From NCBI GenBank assembly GCA_046734915.1, contig JBKPSC010000081.1, positions 1 through 45,029 of the forward strand: a stretch of DNA of 45,029 nt, written 5' to 3'. Position 1 is the first letter of the stretch; each line of letters starts with the position of its first letter. The position numbers and the translations under genes are program-made. The notes below the pieces were generated by a model, which worked only from the letters and a program-made list of their open reading frames with translations, searched no databases and was not told where the DNA came from. This DNA comes from Acidobacteriota bacterium (lineage in GTDB: Bacteria; Acidobacteriota; Vicinamibacteria; Vicinamibacterales; CAVVIG01). Positions 1-8,178 of the stretch are shown here, piece after piece.

Positions 1-1
1 C

Positions 2-613
2 CGTCACACAACGATCTCGAGGCAAGCGTTCCTGGCGATGCTCGGTCGCACGATGCCGTCGAACGCCGCGCCCTGGGATGCGCTGTGGTGGCCGCCGCGC
101 ATCCACTTCGCGTTGTTCGTGCACCGCGTCGAGGACGTCGAGCCGGGCCTGTACCTGCTGGCCCGGAGTACATCAGCGGAACCACGACTTCGGTCGTCGA
201 TCACCCATGCATTCGACTGGGCCGCGGCCGATGACGATCTCCCGCTCTGGCGCCTCGAGGCTGGCGATCACCGTCGGCTTGCCCAGCGCGTCAGCTGCGA
301 TCAGGAGATTGCGGCTGACGGCTGCTTCAGCCTCGCGATGCTGGCCGACTTCGACGCCAGCCTGCAGGACCACGGCGCCGCGTTCTATCGGCATCTGTTC
401 TGGGAAACCGGTGTGATTGGCCAGGTTCTCTACCTCGAGGCCGAGGCCGCCGGCATCCGTAGCACCGGCATCGGCTGCTTCTACGACGATGCCGTGCACG
501 ATCTGCTGGGCATCCGCGATCACTCGTTCCAAAGCCTGTATCACTTCACCGTTGGCGGGGCAGTCGACGATGCTCGGCTCACGACGGAGCCGGGGTATGA
601 GTGGGAGCGTTAA
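2..613 (+). CDS. SagB-type dehydrogenase / nitroreductase-fold protein, C-terminal part (5' end lies outside the window)
   Basis: The frame is open from base 2, with no stop before the first ATG at 38. Stop TAA is at 611-613. The C-terminal sequence FYRHLFWETGVIGQVLYLEAEAAGIRSTGIGCFYDD...LYHFTVGG looks like the FMN nitroreductase/SagB-ThcOx fold. Confidence 0.7.
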   Translation, partial: RHTTISRQAFLAMLGRTMPSNAAPWDALWWPPRIHFALFVHRVEDVEPGLYLLARSTSAEPRLRSSITHAFDWAAADDDLPLWRLEAGDHRRLAQRVSCDQEIAADGCFSLAMLADFDASLQDHGAAFYRHLFWETGVIGQVLYLEAEAAGIRSTGIGCFYDDAVHDLLGIRDHSFQSLYHFTVGGAVDDARLTTEPGYEWER

Positions 614-718
614 AGGCAGGGAGGGCAGGGGAGGCGGGGTAGGCAGGAAGGAAGCAAAGTCCCTCCGGCCTTCCCCGTCCTCACCACCTTCCCCGCCTTC
701 CCTGCCCTCCCTGCCTTT
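612..718. repeat. Long imperfect palindrome (element A): G-rich arm aaaggcagggagggcaggggaggcgggg, C-rich arm ccccgccttccctgccctccctgccttt
   Basis: Bases 612-630 are the exact reverse complement of 700-718 (19 nt). This is followed by a G.T position and 8 more complementary bases. The element fills the spacer between two convergent stop codons (611-613 and 723-725). Confidence 0.85.
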
Positions 719-722
719 ACAG

Positions 723-1253
723 TTACCGAGCCTCGCACGACGCGGCGAGCATCTTGATGTGCTCGACGTCGACGCGGCGCACCGACACCGGAGCTTCCTT
801 GTCGTCGTTCTTCCCCGGTACAACCGACAGATTCGGGATGCGAGCCTTGAGCGAGCGGCCGTCCGACTTGACGCTCATCTCCGTCCACGCGTCCTTGCGA
901 TCCAGCTTGATCTCGCCTGGCTTCACCGAACCACTCAGATCGCCCTCGATCTCGACGCGATGGCCCACATGCTGGCGGAGATCGTCATTGCCGGTCAGCC
1001 AATAGAACACGGTTCGATACTCTCCCGTCGTTCCGACGCTGCTCGGCGCCGAACCGCCGGACGACGACACGATAGCCGGCTGTTCAGGCGCGTTCGTGAG
1101 CAGATAGGGATTGCCATCTCCTTCAGCTTTAACCAGGCAGCCCGACAATTTCACGCTTTCCGCGCCGGCGGCAACGCCAGCTGGGGCGCTCGCCAACGCA
1201 CATGTCAGGCCCAGAATTGCCACATTGCGGTAGAGCGCGACTTTCGTGCTCAT
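723..1253 (-). CDS. Secreted hypothetical protein (176 aa)
   Basis: ATG at 1253 is preceded by GGAGGA (revcomp of 1257-1262). The N-terminus MSTKVALYRNVAILGLTCALASAPAGVAAG looks like a signal peptide. No family recognised. The longer ORF to 1304 lacks an SD. Confidence 0.6.
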   Translation of the reverse strand: MSTKVALYRNVAILGLTCALASAPAGVAAGAESVKLSGCLVKAEGDGNPYLLTNAPEQPAIVSSSGGSAPSSVGTTGEYRTVFYWLTGNDDLRQHVGHRVEIEGDLSGSVKPGEIKLDRKDAWTEMSVKSDGRSLKARIPNLSVVPGKNDDKEAPVSVRRVDVEHIKMLAASCEAR

Positions 1254-1393
1254 GTGTTCCTCCGTGTCCATTCCCACGTTTCGTCTCTGTATCCAACCGA
1301 GCAAGTGACGTACCGGTGCCGCGCCGGCAGTTGATCAGGCGCTCCGGTTGCGCTAGCGTCAGCGCACACTCGGAGCAGAGAGGCGGAGTGCAT

Positions 1394-2503
1394 ATGGAAA
1401 ATCGGATACGCGCGGCCGACATCACGAGACGCGACCTCCTGCGGTTCGTGGGCATCGCAGGGACGGGATGGCTCGCGCCGGCGATTGGCAGTCAGGCATC
1501 GGCAGTGGCGGCCCAGGCAGGCCGGTCGAGCGCACCCACGGTCAGCTTCCCGCGCGGCGCAATCATTCGCACGCTGCTCAAGGACATTCCACCGGCCAGC
1601 CTGACCAACGGCGCGACGCTTTTCCACGAGCACTTTTCCATCGACTTGCCGCCGGCAACGCCGAGGCCGTCAGATGCGCCGCCGCTCCCGCCGAACCCGA
1701 CCAAGGATCTTGCGCTCATGGTGGAGGAGGCGAAGGCAGCGATGAAGGACGGCGTCGCCTGCATCGTCGACGGCGGCCACGCCGACATGAACCGTGATCT
1801 GGAATTTCTGAAGCAGATCACCACTCAGTCAAGGCTGCCCGTCGTCGCGAGCGGCGGCTACTACATGGAGCGCGTCTACCCGCCGGACCTTGCGACCCGG
1901 AGCGAAGATCAGATCGCGGAAGCACTCGCGCGCGAGGCGACCGCGAGCCGCTTCGGTGCGTTCGGTGAGATCGGGCAGAATCCGAACCGGCCGATGAGCG
2001 AACTCGAGGCCAAGGTTTTCCGGGCGGTCGGCAAGGCCCATCGCCGGACGAATCTGCCGATCTTCACGCACAACGCCTACGGCACCGGACCCGACGTTCC
2101 GAGAGACGCGGGACTTCACCAGTTGGACGTTCTCGAGTCAGTCGGGGTCAAGCCGGAGCGTGTGGCGGTGGGACACACCTGTTGCCTCGACGATCCGAAA
2201 GCCGAGGTCATCAAGGCCATCGCCAAGCGCGGCGCGTTTGTCGGCTTCGACCGTGTGACCGGCGGGCTGGTCCTCGACGACAAGAAAATCGTGATGGTGC
2301 AGGCGTTTCTCGAGGCCGGCTACGTCGATCACCTGCTCATTTGCTCCGATTTCACCGGACGCCGATCGGCCGCGCGGCCCGGCTACGGCAACAGCCTGAC
2401 GGTGTTCGTGCCGAAGCTGCGACAAGCTGGTGTCGGCGAGGACACCTTGCACAGGATCCTCTACGACAATCCGCGTCGCTTCCTCGCGTTCGTGCCGGCC
2501 TGA
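1394..2503 (+). CDS. Phosphotriesterase-family (Php-like) amidohydrolase with twin-arginine leader
   Basis: ATG at 1394 follows GGAG. The leader ITRRDLLRFVGIAG is Tat-like. Metal ligands in family order are FHEHFS (HxH), GAFGEIGQ (Glu where PTE has the carbamylated Lys, as in E. coli Php), IFTHN, AVGHTC and ICSDF. Confidence 0.85.
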   Translation: MENRIRAADITRRDLLRFVGIAGTGWLAPAIGSQASAVAAQAGRSSAPTVSFPRGAIIRTLLKDIPPASLTNGATLFHEHFSIDLPPATPRPSDAPPLPPNPTKDLALMVEEAKAAMKDGVACIVDGGHADMNRDLEFLKQITTQSRLPVVASGGYYMERVYPPDLATRSEDQIAEALAREATASRFGAFGEIGQNPNRPMSELEAKVFRAVGKAHRRTNLPIFTHNAYGTGPDVPRDAGLHQLDVLESVGVKPERVAVGHTCCLDDPKAEVIKAIAKRGAFVGFDRVTGGLVLDDKKIVMVQAFLEAGYVDHLLICSDFTGRRSAARPGYGNSLTVFVPKLRQAGVGEDTLHRILYDNPRRFLAFVPA

Positions 2504-2523
2504 GCGATCAGATTGGAACGTTG

Positions 2524-3603
2524 ATGGATGCCATGAATCGTCGGGAAGCCATCGAGCGAATCGCGGGCCTCGGCGCCGGCGCGCTGACCGCGCTGTCCGG
2601 CGGGAGCGGCGTGGCAATCCGGGCGCAACAGACGGCCGTTCAGCCCGTGCCGCCGCCATCCAACCCGAGGTTCCCGAATCCGCCGACATGGGAGAAGGAG
2701 CTCCGGGAGCTCGCGCCAAACATCTACGGCTACTTCCAGGGCGGCGGTCCTGGACGGAACAACGTCAGCATCTCCGACGCCGGCGTCATCGTCGGCGACA
2801 GCAGCGTGATGGTCATCGATACAACCACCGCGCCGATGCACGCGAAGGATTTCGTCGCCGCCATCCGCAAGGTGACCGACAAGCCGTTCCGCCATGTGAT
2901 CAACACGCACCACCATGGCGATCACATCAACGGCAATCAGTTCTTCGAAGGGGCCGAGATCGTCGGCCATCCGTACTGCCGCGATGAAGTCCTGAAGGTC
3001 GTCAACGCCGGTGGGCCCGCGCTCTGGGCCAGGCGTGAAGGCTGGGCCGATGGGACGGAGCCACGAAAGATCCTGCCGCCAACCACGACGTTCGATGGCA
3101 AGATGACCTACTACTACGGGAAGACGGTCGTCGAAGTGTTTCCGATGCTTCCGGCGCATACCTACGGCGATCTGGTCGTCTACCTGCCGCAGCACCGCAT
3201 CCTGTTCGCGGGCGACATCGCGTTTTTCTACGTCGCGCCGTTCTGCCAGAACGCGCACCCCAGCAACTGGATCGAGATCTGCGACAAGATTGAACAGCTG
3301 CCGGTCGACCGCATCGTGCCGGGCCACGGTCCGCTCGGTGGCAAGGCGGAGCTCGCGGAGATGCGCGGCTATCTGGCCCTGCTCAAGAGCGAAGCGCGCC
3401 GGAGGTACGACGCCCGGCTGGGCGCGGGCACCGCCGCCGCCGATATCAGCCTGGGCAAGTACGACAACTGGATCGGCCCTGAGCGGATCATCATGGACAC
3501 GCAGCGCTTCTATCTCGAGTTTGCCGGGAAGCTGACGCCAGACGTCGATGCTGAAGGAATCCGGCAGGCGACCGAGGAATACACTGCCGCGCGGCGCCGC
3601 TAA
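2524..3603 (+). CDS. MBL-fold metallo-hydrolase with Tat-like leader
   Basis: ATG at 2524 lies 20 nt after the previous stop. INTHHHGDHINGN is the HxHxDH motif. The N-terminus MNRREAIERIAGLGAGAL is Tat-like. Confidence 0.85.
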   Translation: MDAMNRREAIERIAGLGAGALTALSGGSGVAIRAQQTAVQPVPPPSNPRFPNPPTWEKELRELAPNIYGYFQGGGPGRNNVSISDAGVIVGDSSVMVIDTTTAPMHAKDFVAAIRKVTDKPFRHVINTHHHGDHINGNQFFEGAEIVGHPYCRDEVLKVVNAGGPALWARREGWADGTEPRKILPPTTTFDGKMTYYYGKTVVEVFPMLPAHTYGDLVVYLPQHRILFAGDIAFFYVAPFCQNAHPSNWIEICDKIEQLPVDRIVPGHGPLGGKAELAEMRGYLALLKSEARRRYDARLGAGTAAADISLGKYDNWIGPERIIMDTQRFYLEFAGKLTPDVDAEGIRQATEEYTAARRR

Positions 3604-3605
3604 TC

Positions 3606-3854
3606 TCAGCTCTTCAAACGACCGAGCCAGCGGATCGTGCCCGCATCCCAACACCGCTCCATCGTCTGCTGAACGCCACCGAGCTTGATCAACGCGTGAC
3701 GGCGCGCGGTCGCGGGGTCCATGCCGAGCCGGATGTTCTCAGCTGCGTGCAACTCGACGTGCGCCTCGAGCTCGTCGGCGATGGACCGATCGTATTCGGC
3801 CCGGTTCAGGGAATGCTCAATCTGACGCAGTAAGGCGCGCAGCGCTCGAATCAT
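3606..3854 (-). CDS. Stand-alone ADOP 'permease prefix' domain protein (82 aa)
   Basis: The ATG overlaps the upstream stop (TGATG, revcomp of 3852-3856). MIRALRALL...ADELEAHVELHAAENIRLGMDPATARRHALIKLGG parallels residues 1-75 of the ADOP at 39218. It stops exactly where the permease body (LQD.RFA) would begin. Confidence 0.6.
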   Translation of the reverse strand: MIRALRALLRQIEHSLNRAEYDRSIADELEAHVELHAAENIRLGMDPATARRHALIKLGGVQQTMERCWDAGTIRWLGRLKS

Positions 3855-6283
3855 CACCCATCCCTCAGGGCATCCGCCGGGTCGAGGCGCATCGCCCGTC
3901 GAGCCGGCAGGTAGCATGCGGCGACCGACACCGTCAGCAACAGCATAACGGCTGCAGCAAGCACGCCGGCATCGCGAGGCGTCACGCCCACGAGCTGACT
4001 GCGCAGCAGCTGCCCGAGCGCCAGCGCTCCCGCTCCGCCGAGCGCGATGCCGGCCCCGGCGCGCATTAACCCTTGAGATAACACCAGCGACAGAATCGCG
4101 CGCTGGTCGGCACCAAGCGCCTGCCGGATGCCCAGCTCGCGTCCGCGTTGCGCCACGCCAAACGCCAGGACGCCGTAGGTGCCGACGGCCGCCAGAACCA
4201 GCGCGATGAGGCCGAACGCCGCAAAGAGGACCATCGGGGCGCGTCGGGTTTCGAGCGATTGTGCCATCCAGTCGTCCATGGTGCGAACGTTCGCGATGGG
4301 CTGTTCGGGATCGAGTCGCTGGACGGCACTGCGAACTTGAGCGACGACGGTTTCCGGCTGTACAGCGGTCTTGAGCATCAGCGCCATCGTCGACCGCTGG
4401 ACCTGGGCGATGGGGTAGTAGAGGCGCTCCTTGGTGACGGGCTGACCCAGATCGATCGCGTTGATCGTGCCGACCACGCCGATGATTGTGATCGCTGGAC
4501 TCGTTGGCCCGCCGCGGCGAATCTGGTGTCCAATCGGATCGCTCGTCGGGAAGTAGCGCTTCACGAGGTACTCGTCGATGACAACGACCGGCGGACTGTC
4601 TGGACCGTCGCGCTCATCGAACGTCCGCCCCGCCACGAGGGGAATCTGCATCACCTTGAAGTAGTCGCCGCCGACGGCCTCCTGGCGTCCATGCGGCGCG
4701 GTCTCACCCGGTGCGGGCGTGTAGCCGAGGATCGAGTACGAGCCGGAGCTCACGTTCCCGCTCAGCGGAATGTTCGACGTCAGGCCGGCCGCAGTCACGC
4801 CGGAAATCCGCCGGGCGTCGTCAACCAGGCGGTTCCAGAATGCGGCGCGATCAGTCGGGGTCTGGTAGCGGACCTCGGGGAGCGTCAGGCTCGCGGTCAG
4901 CACGCGGACCGGCGAGAAGCCGGGATCCGTCGCACGCAGACCGGCAAAACTCTTGATCAGCAAGCCGGCGCCGACGAGCAGCGCGAGAGCAACGGCCGTC
5001 TCGGCGACGACCATCGCCGTGTGCGCCCGGGTTGATCGACGCCCGGCCGTTCCCGATTTGCCGCCGTCTTCTTTCAGGAACGCCGCGATGTCGCCGCGCA
5101 TGACGGCCAGAGCCGGGACGATGCCGAAGATGATGCCGGTAGCGAGCCCCAGCGCGATCGTGAAGAGCACCACCGGAGGATGGAGCGACGCGTCGACCGC
5201 TCCAGGAAGTTCGCGCGCCGTCAACGCGAGCAGCGCCCGGACCCCCGCCATACCGAGCGCCAGGCCGACAACCGCGCCGCCCACCGAGAGCACGAGGCTT
5301 TCAAGCAGCAGCAGCCGCGTCAACCGGCCGCTGCCAGCGCCGAGCGTGCTGCGGATGGCCAGCTCTCGCTGCCGGTCGGAGACGCGCATGAGCATCAGGT
5401 TGGCGACGTTCGCGCACGCGATCAGGAGCACCAGCAGCACGCCGGCTTGCAGCAGATAGAGGGGCTCCTGGACGTCGCCGACGAGCTGCTCGCGAATCGG
5501 CACGGCGTAGCCACCGAAGCCAGAGGCCTCGGAAAAGGCCCGCCGTTCGGGAAGGCGTTCGAGATTGCGGGCGACGATGGTCGCCATCTCGGCCTGAACT
5601 CCCGCGAGCGACGCGTGCGGTTTCAGCCGAGCAATCATCTGGCTGCTCTCGTTGCCACGCATGGCGTCCGACCGCTGCACCGGCGTGAAGGAGTACGGCA
5701 CGAGCAGCGCGATGTCTCGTGCCGGCAGCTCGAAATCTGCCGGCAGGATGCCGACGACCTGATACGGTTCGCCGCTCAGCCGGATCTCACGGCCGATGAC
5801 GGCCGGGTCAGCGCCAAAGCGTGAGCGCCACAGCGACGCCGTCAGGATCGCGAACTTGTCCGCGTCGGGCTGCGCATCTGCCTCGCCGAACGCCCGGCCC
5901 CGTTCTGGCTCGCGGTGAAACGTCGTGAAGAACGACGGCGTGACGGCCAGCGCGCGCAGCTGTTCCGGCCGGCCCTCGGACGCGAGGTTGAGACTCCGCA
6001 TCGTGACCAGCGTAGCGTCTTCGATCGACGGCGCCTGTGTCAGGCGATCGAGGTAGTCCGGAATGGAGACGGCGGCTTGCGGCAGGCCCATCCGCGGGTA
6101 GGTGTTCCAGATGAACACCAGACGGTCCGTGTCGGGGTACGGCAGCGGCCGCAGCAGCACCTGGTAGAAGAGGCTGAAGATTGCCGTGTTGCCGCCAATG
6201 CCGATGCCGAGCGTCAGCAGCGCGACGAGCGTGAATATCGGCTGCCGGCGAAAACTGCGGATGGCGAAACGGAGATCCTGCAT
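3854..6283 (-). CDS. ADOP-family ABC transporter permease (MacB-like periplasmic core + FtsX), without prefix domain
   Basis: 809 aa. Starts MQDLRFAIRSFRRQPIFTLVALLTLGIGIG. Contains the FtsX-type motifs LLIACANVANLMLMR and ...GVAQRGRELGIRQALGA. GGAGGG lies upstream of ATG 6283. Confidence 0.9.
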   Translation of the reverse strand: MQDLRFAIRSFRRQPIFTLVALLTLGIGIGGNTAIFSLFYQVLLRPLPYPDTDRLVFIWNTYPRMGLPQAAVSIPDYLDRLTQAPSIEDATLVTMRSLNLASEGRPEQLRALAVTPSFFTTFHREPERGRAFGEADAQPDADKFAILTASLWRSRFGADPAVIGREIRLSGEPYQVVGILPADFELPARDIALLVPYSFTPVQRSDAMRGNESSQMIARLKPHASLAGVQAEMATIVARNLERLPERRAFSEASGFGGYAVPIREQLVGDVQEPLYLLQAGVLLVLLIACANVANLMLMRVSDRQRELAIRSTLGAGSGRLTRLLLLESLVLSVGGAVVGLALGMAGVRALLALTARELPGAVDASLHPPVVLFTIALGLATGIIFGIVPALAVMRGDIAAFLKEDGGKSGTAGRRSTRAHTAMVVAETAVALALLVGAGLLIKSFAGLRATDPGFSPVRVLTASLTLPEVRYQTPTDRAAFWNRLVDDARRISGVTAAGLTSNIPLSGNVSSGSYSILGYTPAPGETAPHGRQEAVGGDYFKVMQIPLVAGRTFDERDGPDSPPVVVIDEYLVKRYFPTSDPIGHQIRRGGPTSPAITIIGVVGTINAIDLGQPVTKERLYYPIAQVQRSTMALMLKTAVQPETVVAQVRSAVQRLDPEQPIANVRTMDDWMAQSLETRRAPMVLFAAFGLIALVLAAVGTYGVLAFGVAQRGRELGIRQALGADQRAILSLVLSQGLMRAGAGIALGGAGALALGQLLRSQLVGVTPRDAGVLAAAVMLLLTVSVAACYLPARRAMRLDPADALRDG

Positions 6284-6374
6284 ACGCAGGCATACCCTCC
6301 GGGAGCGCGAAGGTTACACGGCCGAACAGCGAGTTCTTGATCGCGTCTGCCCAATGCGCGCAGGATATGGCCCC

Positions 6375-7145
6375 ATGAAGAGCTACCTGCACCCGTCCCA
6401 ACGAGTCGCCCTCGCCCTGGCCGCCGTACTCGCCTGGCCGGCCGCGTCCTACGCCCAGGTCAAGGTGATCATCTCGGGCGGCTTTTCAGCCGCCTACCGG
6501 GAGCTGCTCCCGGCCTTCGAAAAAACCGGCACGACTGTAACCACGACGTCCGGCGGTTCGGTCGGCAGCGGCCCCAATACCATCGGCGGCCAGCTCCGCC
6601 GCGGTGTGCCGGCCGATGTCGTGATCCTTGCCAGGGAAGGCCTGAGTGAGCTCATCGCCGAGGGCCGCATCGCCCCGGGAACAGACGTCGACCTGGCCCG
6701 CTCGGTCATCGGCATGGTGGTGCGTGCCGGGGCGCCGAAGCCAGATATCAGCACAGTAGACGGTTTGAAGCAGGTGCTGGTTCGCGCCAAGTCGGTTGCG
6801 ATGTCGAGCAGCACGAGCGGCGTCTACCTCACGACCAAGTTGTTTCCGCGGCTGGGCATCGCCGACGAGATGGCCAAGAAGAGCCTCATGACGGGCGCTG
6901 CCGCGGTGGGCAAGGGAGAAGCGGAGGTCGGGCTGCAACAGGTGAGCGAGCTGCTGCCGATTGAAGGAGTGACATACGTCGGGACGATCCCGGAGGAAGT
7001 TCAGTACGTGACGACGTACGCCGCAGCGGTCGTGGCCGGATCGAGCCAGGTCGAGGCGGGCAGGCGCCTAATCGCGCACCTGTCGGCCGAATCCGCGGGC
7101 CCGGCAATCAAGAAGAGTGGAATGGAACCGGCAAAACGCAAATAG
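6375..7145 (+). CDS. Periplasmic substrate-binding protein, ModA-like (orphan, no adjacent permease)
   Basis: ATG at 6375. Signal peptide MKSYLHPSQRVALALAAVLAWPAASYAQ. The layout VKVIISGGFSAAY...GVPADVVILA resembles a molybdate/anion-binding PBP. Confidence 0.7.
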   Translation: MKSYLHPSQRVALALAAVLAWPAASYAQVKVIISGGFSAAYRELLPAFEKTGTTVTTTSGGSVGSGPNTIGGQLRRGVPADVVILAREGLSELIAEGRIAPGTDVDLARSVIGMVVRAGAPKPDISTVDGLKQVLVRAKSVAMSSSTSGVYLTTKLFPRLGIADEMAKKSLMTGAAAVGKGEAEVGLQQVSELLPIEGVTYVGTIPEEVQYVTTYAAAVVAGSSQVEAGRRLIAHLSAESAGPAIKKSGMEPAKRK

Positions 7146-7151
7146 AACTCT

Positions 7152-7240
7152 GAGGTTCACAGGTTCACGGTGCACTGGTTCACGCTTGCTGCGGGCTCCC
7201 CGAACCCGTGCATCTGTGAACCCGTGCACCTGTGAACCTC
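7152..7240. repeat. Imperfect palindrome (element B) built from GGTTCAC/GGTGCAC units
   Basis: gaggttcacaggt at 7152-7164 is the reverse complement of 7228-7240. Both arms are tandem ggttcac(a/g)/gtgcac units. It lies between convergent stops at 7145 and 7252. Confidence 0.8.
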
Positions 7241-7251
7241 TGGACTCGGAC

Positions 7252-8178
7252 TTACGCGATCGCACCCTTATACAGCGCGAGCAACTTGCTCCACGCTTTA
7301 TCCGCATCGGGCTGGTTGTAGATCGGCGCGCCGGGCGGCGCGGGCATGTCTGACATACACCAGCCGTGCTGCGAGTTGGGATACACCTCGACTTCGGCGG
7401 GAACGTTCGCCGACTGGAAAGCGGCTCTCAGCTTGTCCTTGGCGTCCGGCTGTCGCTGATCGTCGTTTGCTGCGACCGCGAAGTACATCCGCGCGCGGAT
7501 CTTCGGTGCGAGCAGATGCGGACTGTCGGGATTGTCGGTCACGAGACCGCCGCCATGGAATGACGCGCCCGCCCCGATCCGCGCGGGAACGGCCGCGGAC
7601 GTTCGCACGACCAGCGGACCGCCCATGCAGTAACCCTGGGTCCCGACCTTCTTGGCAGTGTTTACTTGTCGCTGCGCGTCGAGGAAGGCGACGAACGCGA
7701 CCGCGTCGCGCTCCGCCGCGCCGGCGGCGCCGATCGATCCCATGAGCGGCGTCAACTTGGCGCGATCGGCCTGGTTCGAGAAGTTGAAGTTCGCCGTGTC
7801 GATGCCCGGGTCGCGTGTGATGCGATAGTAAGGATTCGGCACGAGCACGGTGTAGCCTTCCGCCGCGAGACGCTTGCCCATCTCGCGGAGCGCCGGACGC
7901 AGTCCGAAGGCGTCGGCCCAGATGATCACCGCCGGGTGCGAGCCGCTGGTGGGGTAGATGAACGCGGCGTTGCAGGTGCCATCCGGCGTCTTGACGTCGA
8001 CGTTGTTCTCGACAACGGGCAGGTCAGCGGCGGTCGCGGGCGCTGCCGCCGCGAGCCCTGCCGCGATGGACATCGCGACGAAGTCGCGACGGGTCAAGTC
8101 ACGGGCCGATTCCTCTTTCTGATCCTGGTCGTTCTGGTCGCGCGGTTCATCCATGGCGTGGTCCCCCCGGTTCTTCAC
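7252..8178 (-). CDS. Dienelactone hydrolase family protein with twin-arginine leader
   Basis: LTRRDFVAMSIAAGLAAAAPATA is a Tat leader. GYCMGG is the nucleophile elbow and ...HGW lies near the C-terminus. GTG at 8178 overlaps the upstream stop (GTGA). An alternative ATG is at 8154. Confidence 0.8.
   Translation of the reverse strand: MKNRGDHAMDEPRDQNDQDQKEESARDLTRRDFVAMSIAAGLAAAAPATAADLPVVENNVDVKTPDGTCNAAFIYPTSGSHPAVIIWADAFGLRPALREMGKRLAAEGYTVLVPNPYYRITRDPGIDTANFNFSNQADRAKLTPLMGSIGAAGAAERDAVAFVAFLDAQRQVNTAKKVGTQGYCMGGPLVVRTSAAVPARIGAGASFHGGGLVTDNPDSPHLLAPKIRARMYFAVAANDDQRQPDAKDKLRAAFQSANVPAEVEVYPNSQHGWCMSDMPAPPGAPIYNQPDADKAWSKLLALYKGAIA

Noticed and set aside
2-613. The SagB-type dehydrogenase as evidence for a thiazole/oxazole-modified microcin (TOMM) cluster.
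   Set aside because: Only the C-terminal part is visible. There is no cyclodehydratase, YcaO or precursor peptide downstream, and the neighbouring gene is convergent. Stand-alone nitroreductase-fold proteins are common.
2461-3654. 397-aa minus-strand ORF antisense to the MBL gene. Similar long antisense or overlapping ORFs occur at 8310..9404, 24834..26270, 26271..27332, 27097..28458, 34003..35238, 35390..36298, 40310..41563, 42838..43785, 417..1334 and 173..823.
   Set aside because: These are typical GC-rich shadow ORFs. Their composition is Arg/Gly/Pro/Ala/His-rich and low-complexity, with no recognisable motifs. Each is fully overlapped by an ORF on the other strand or frame that carries clear family signatures.
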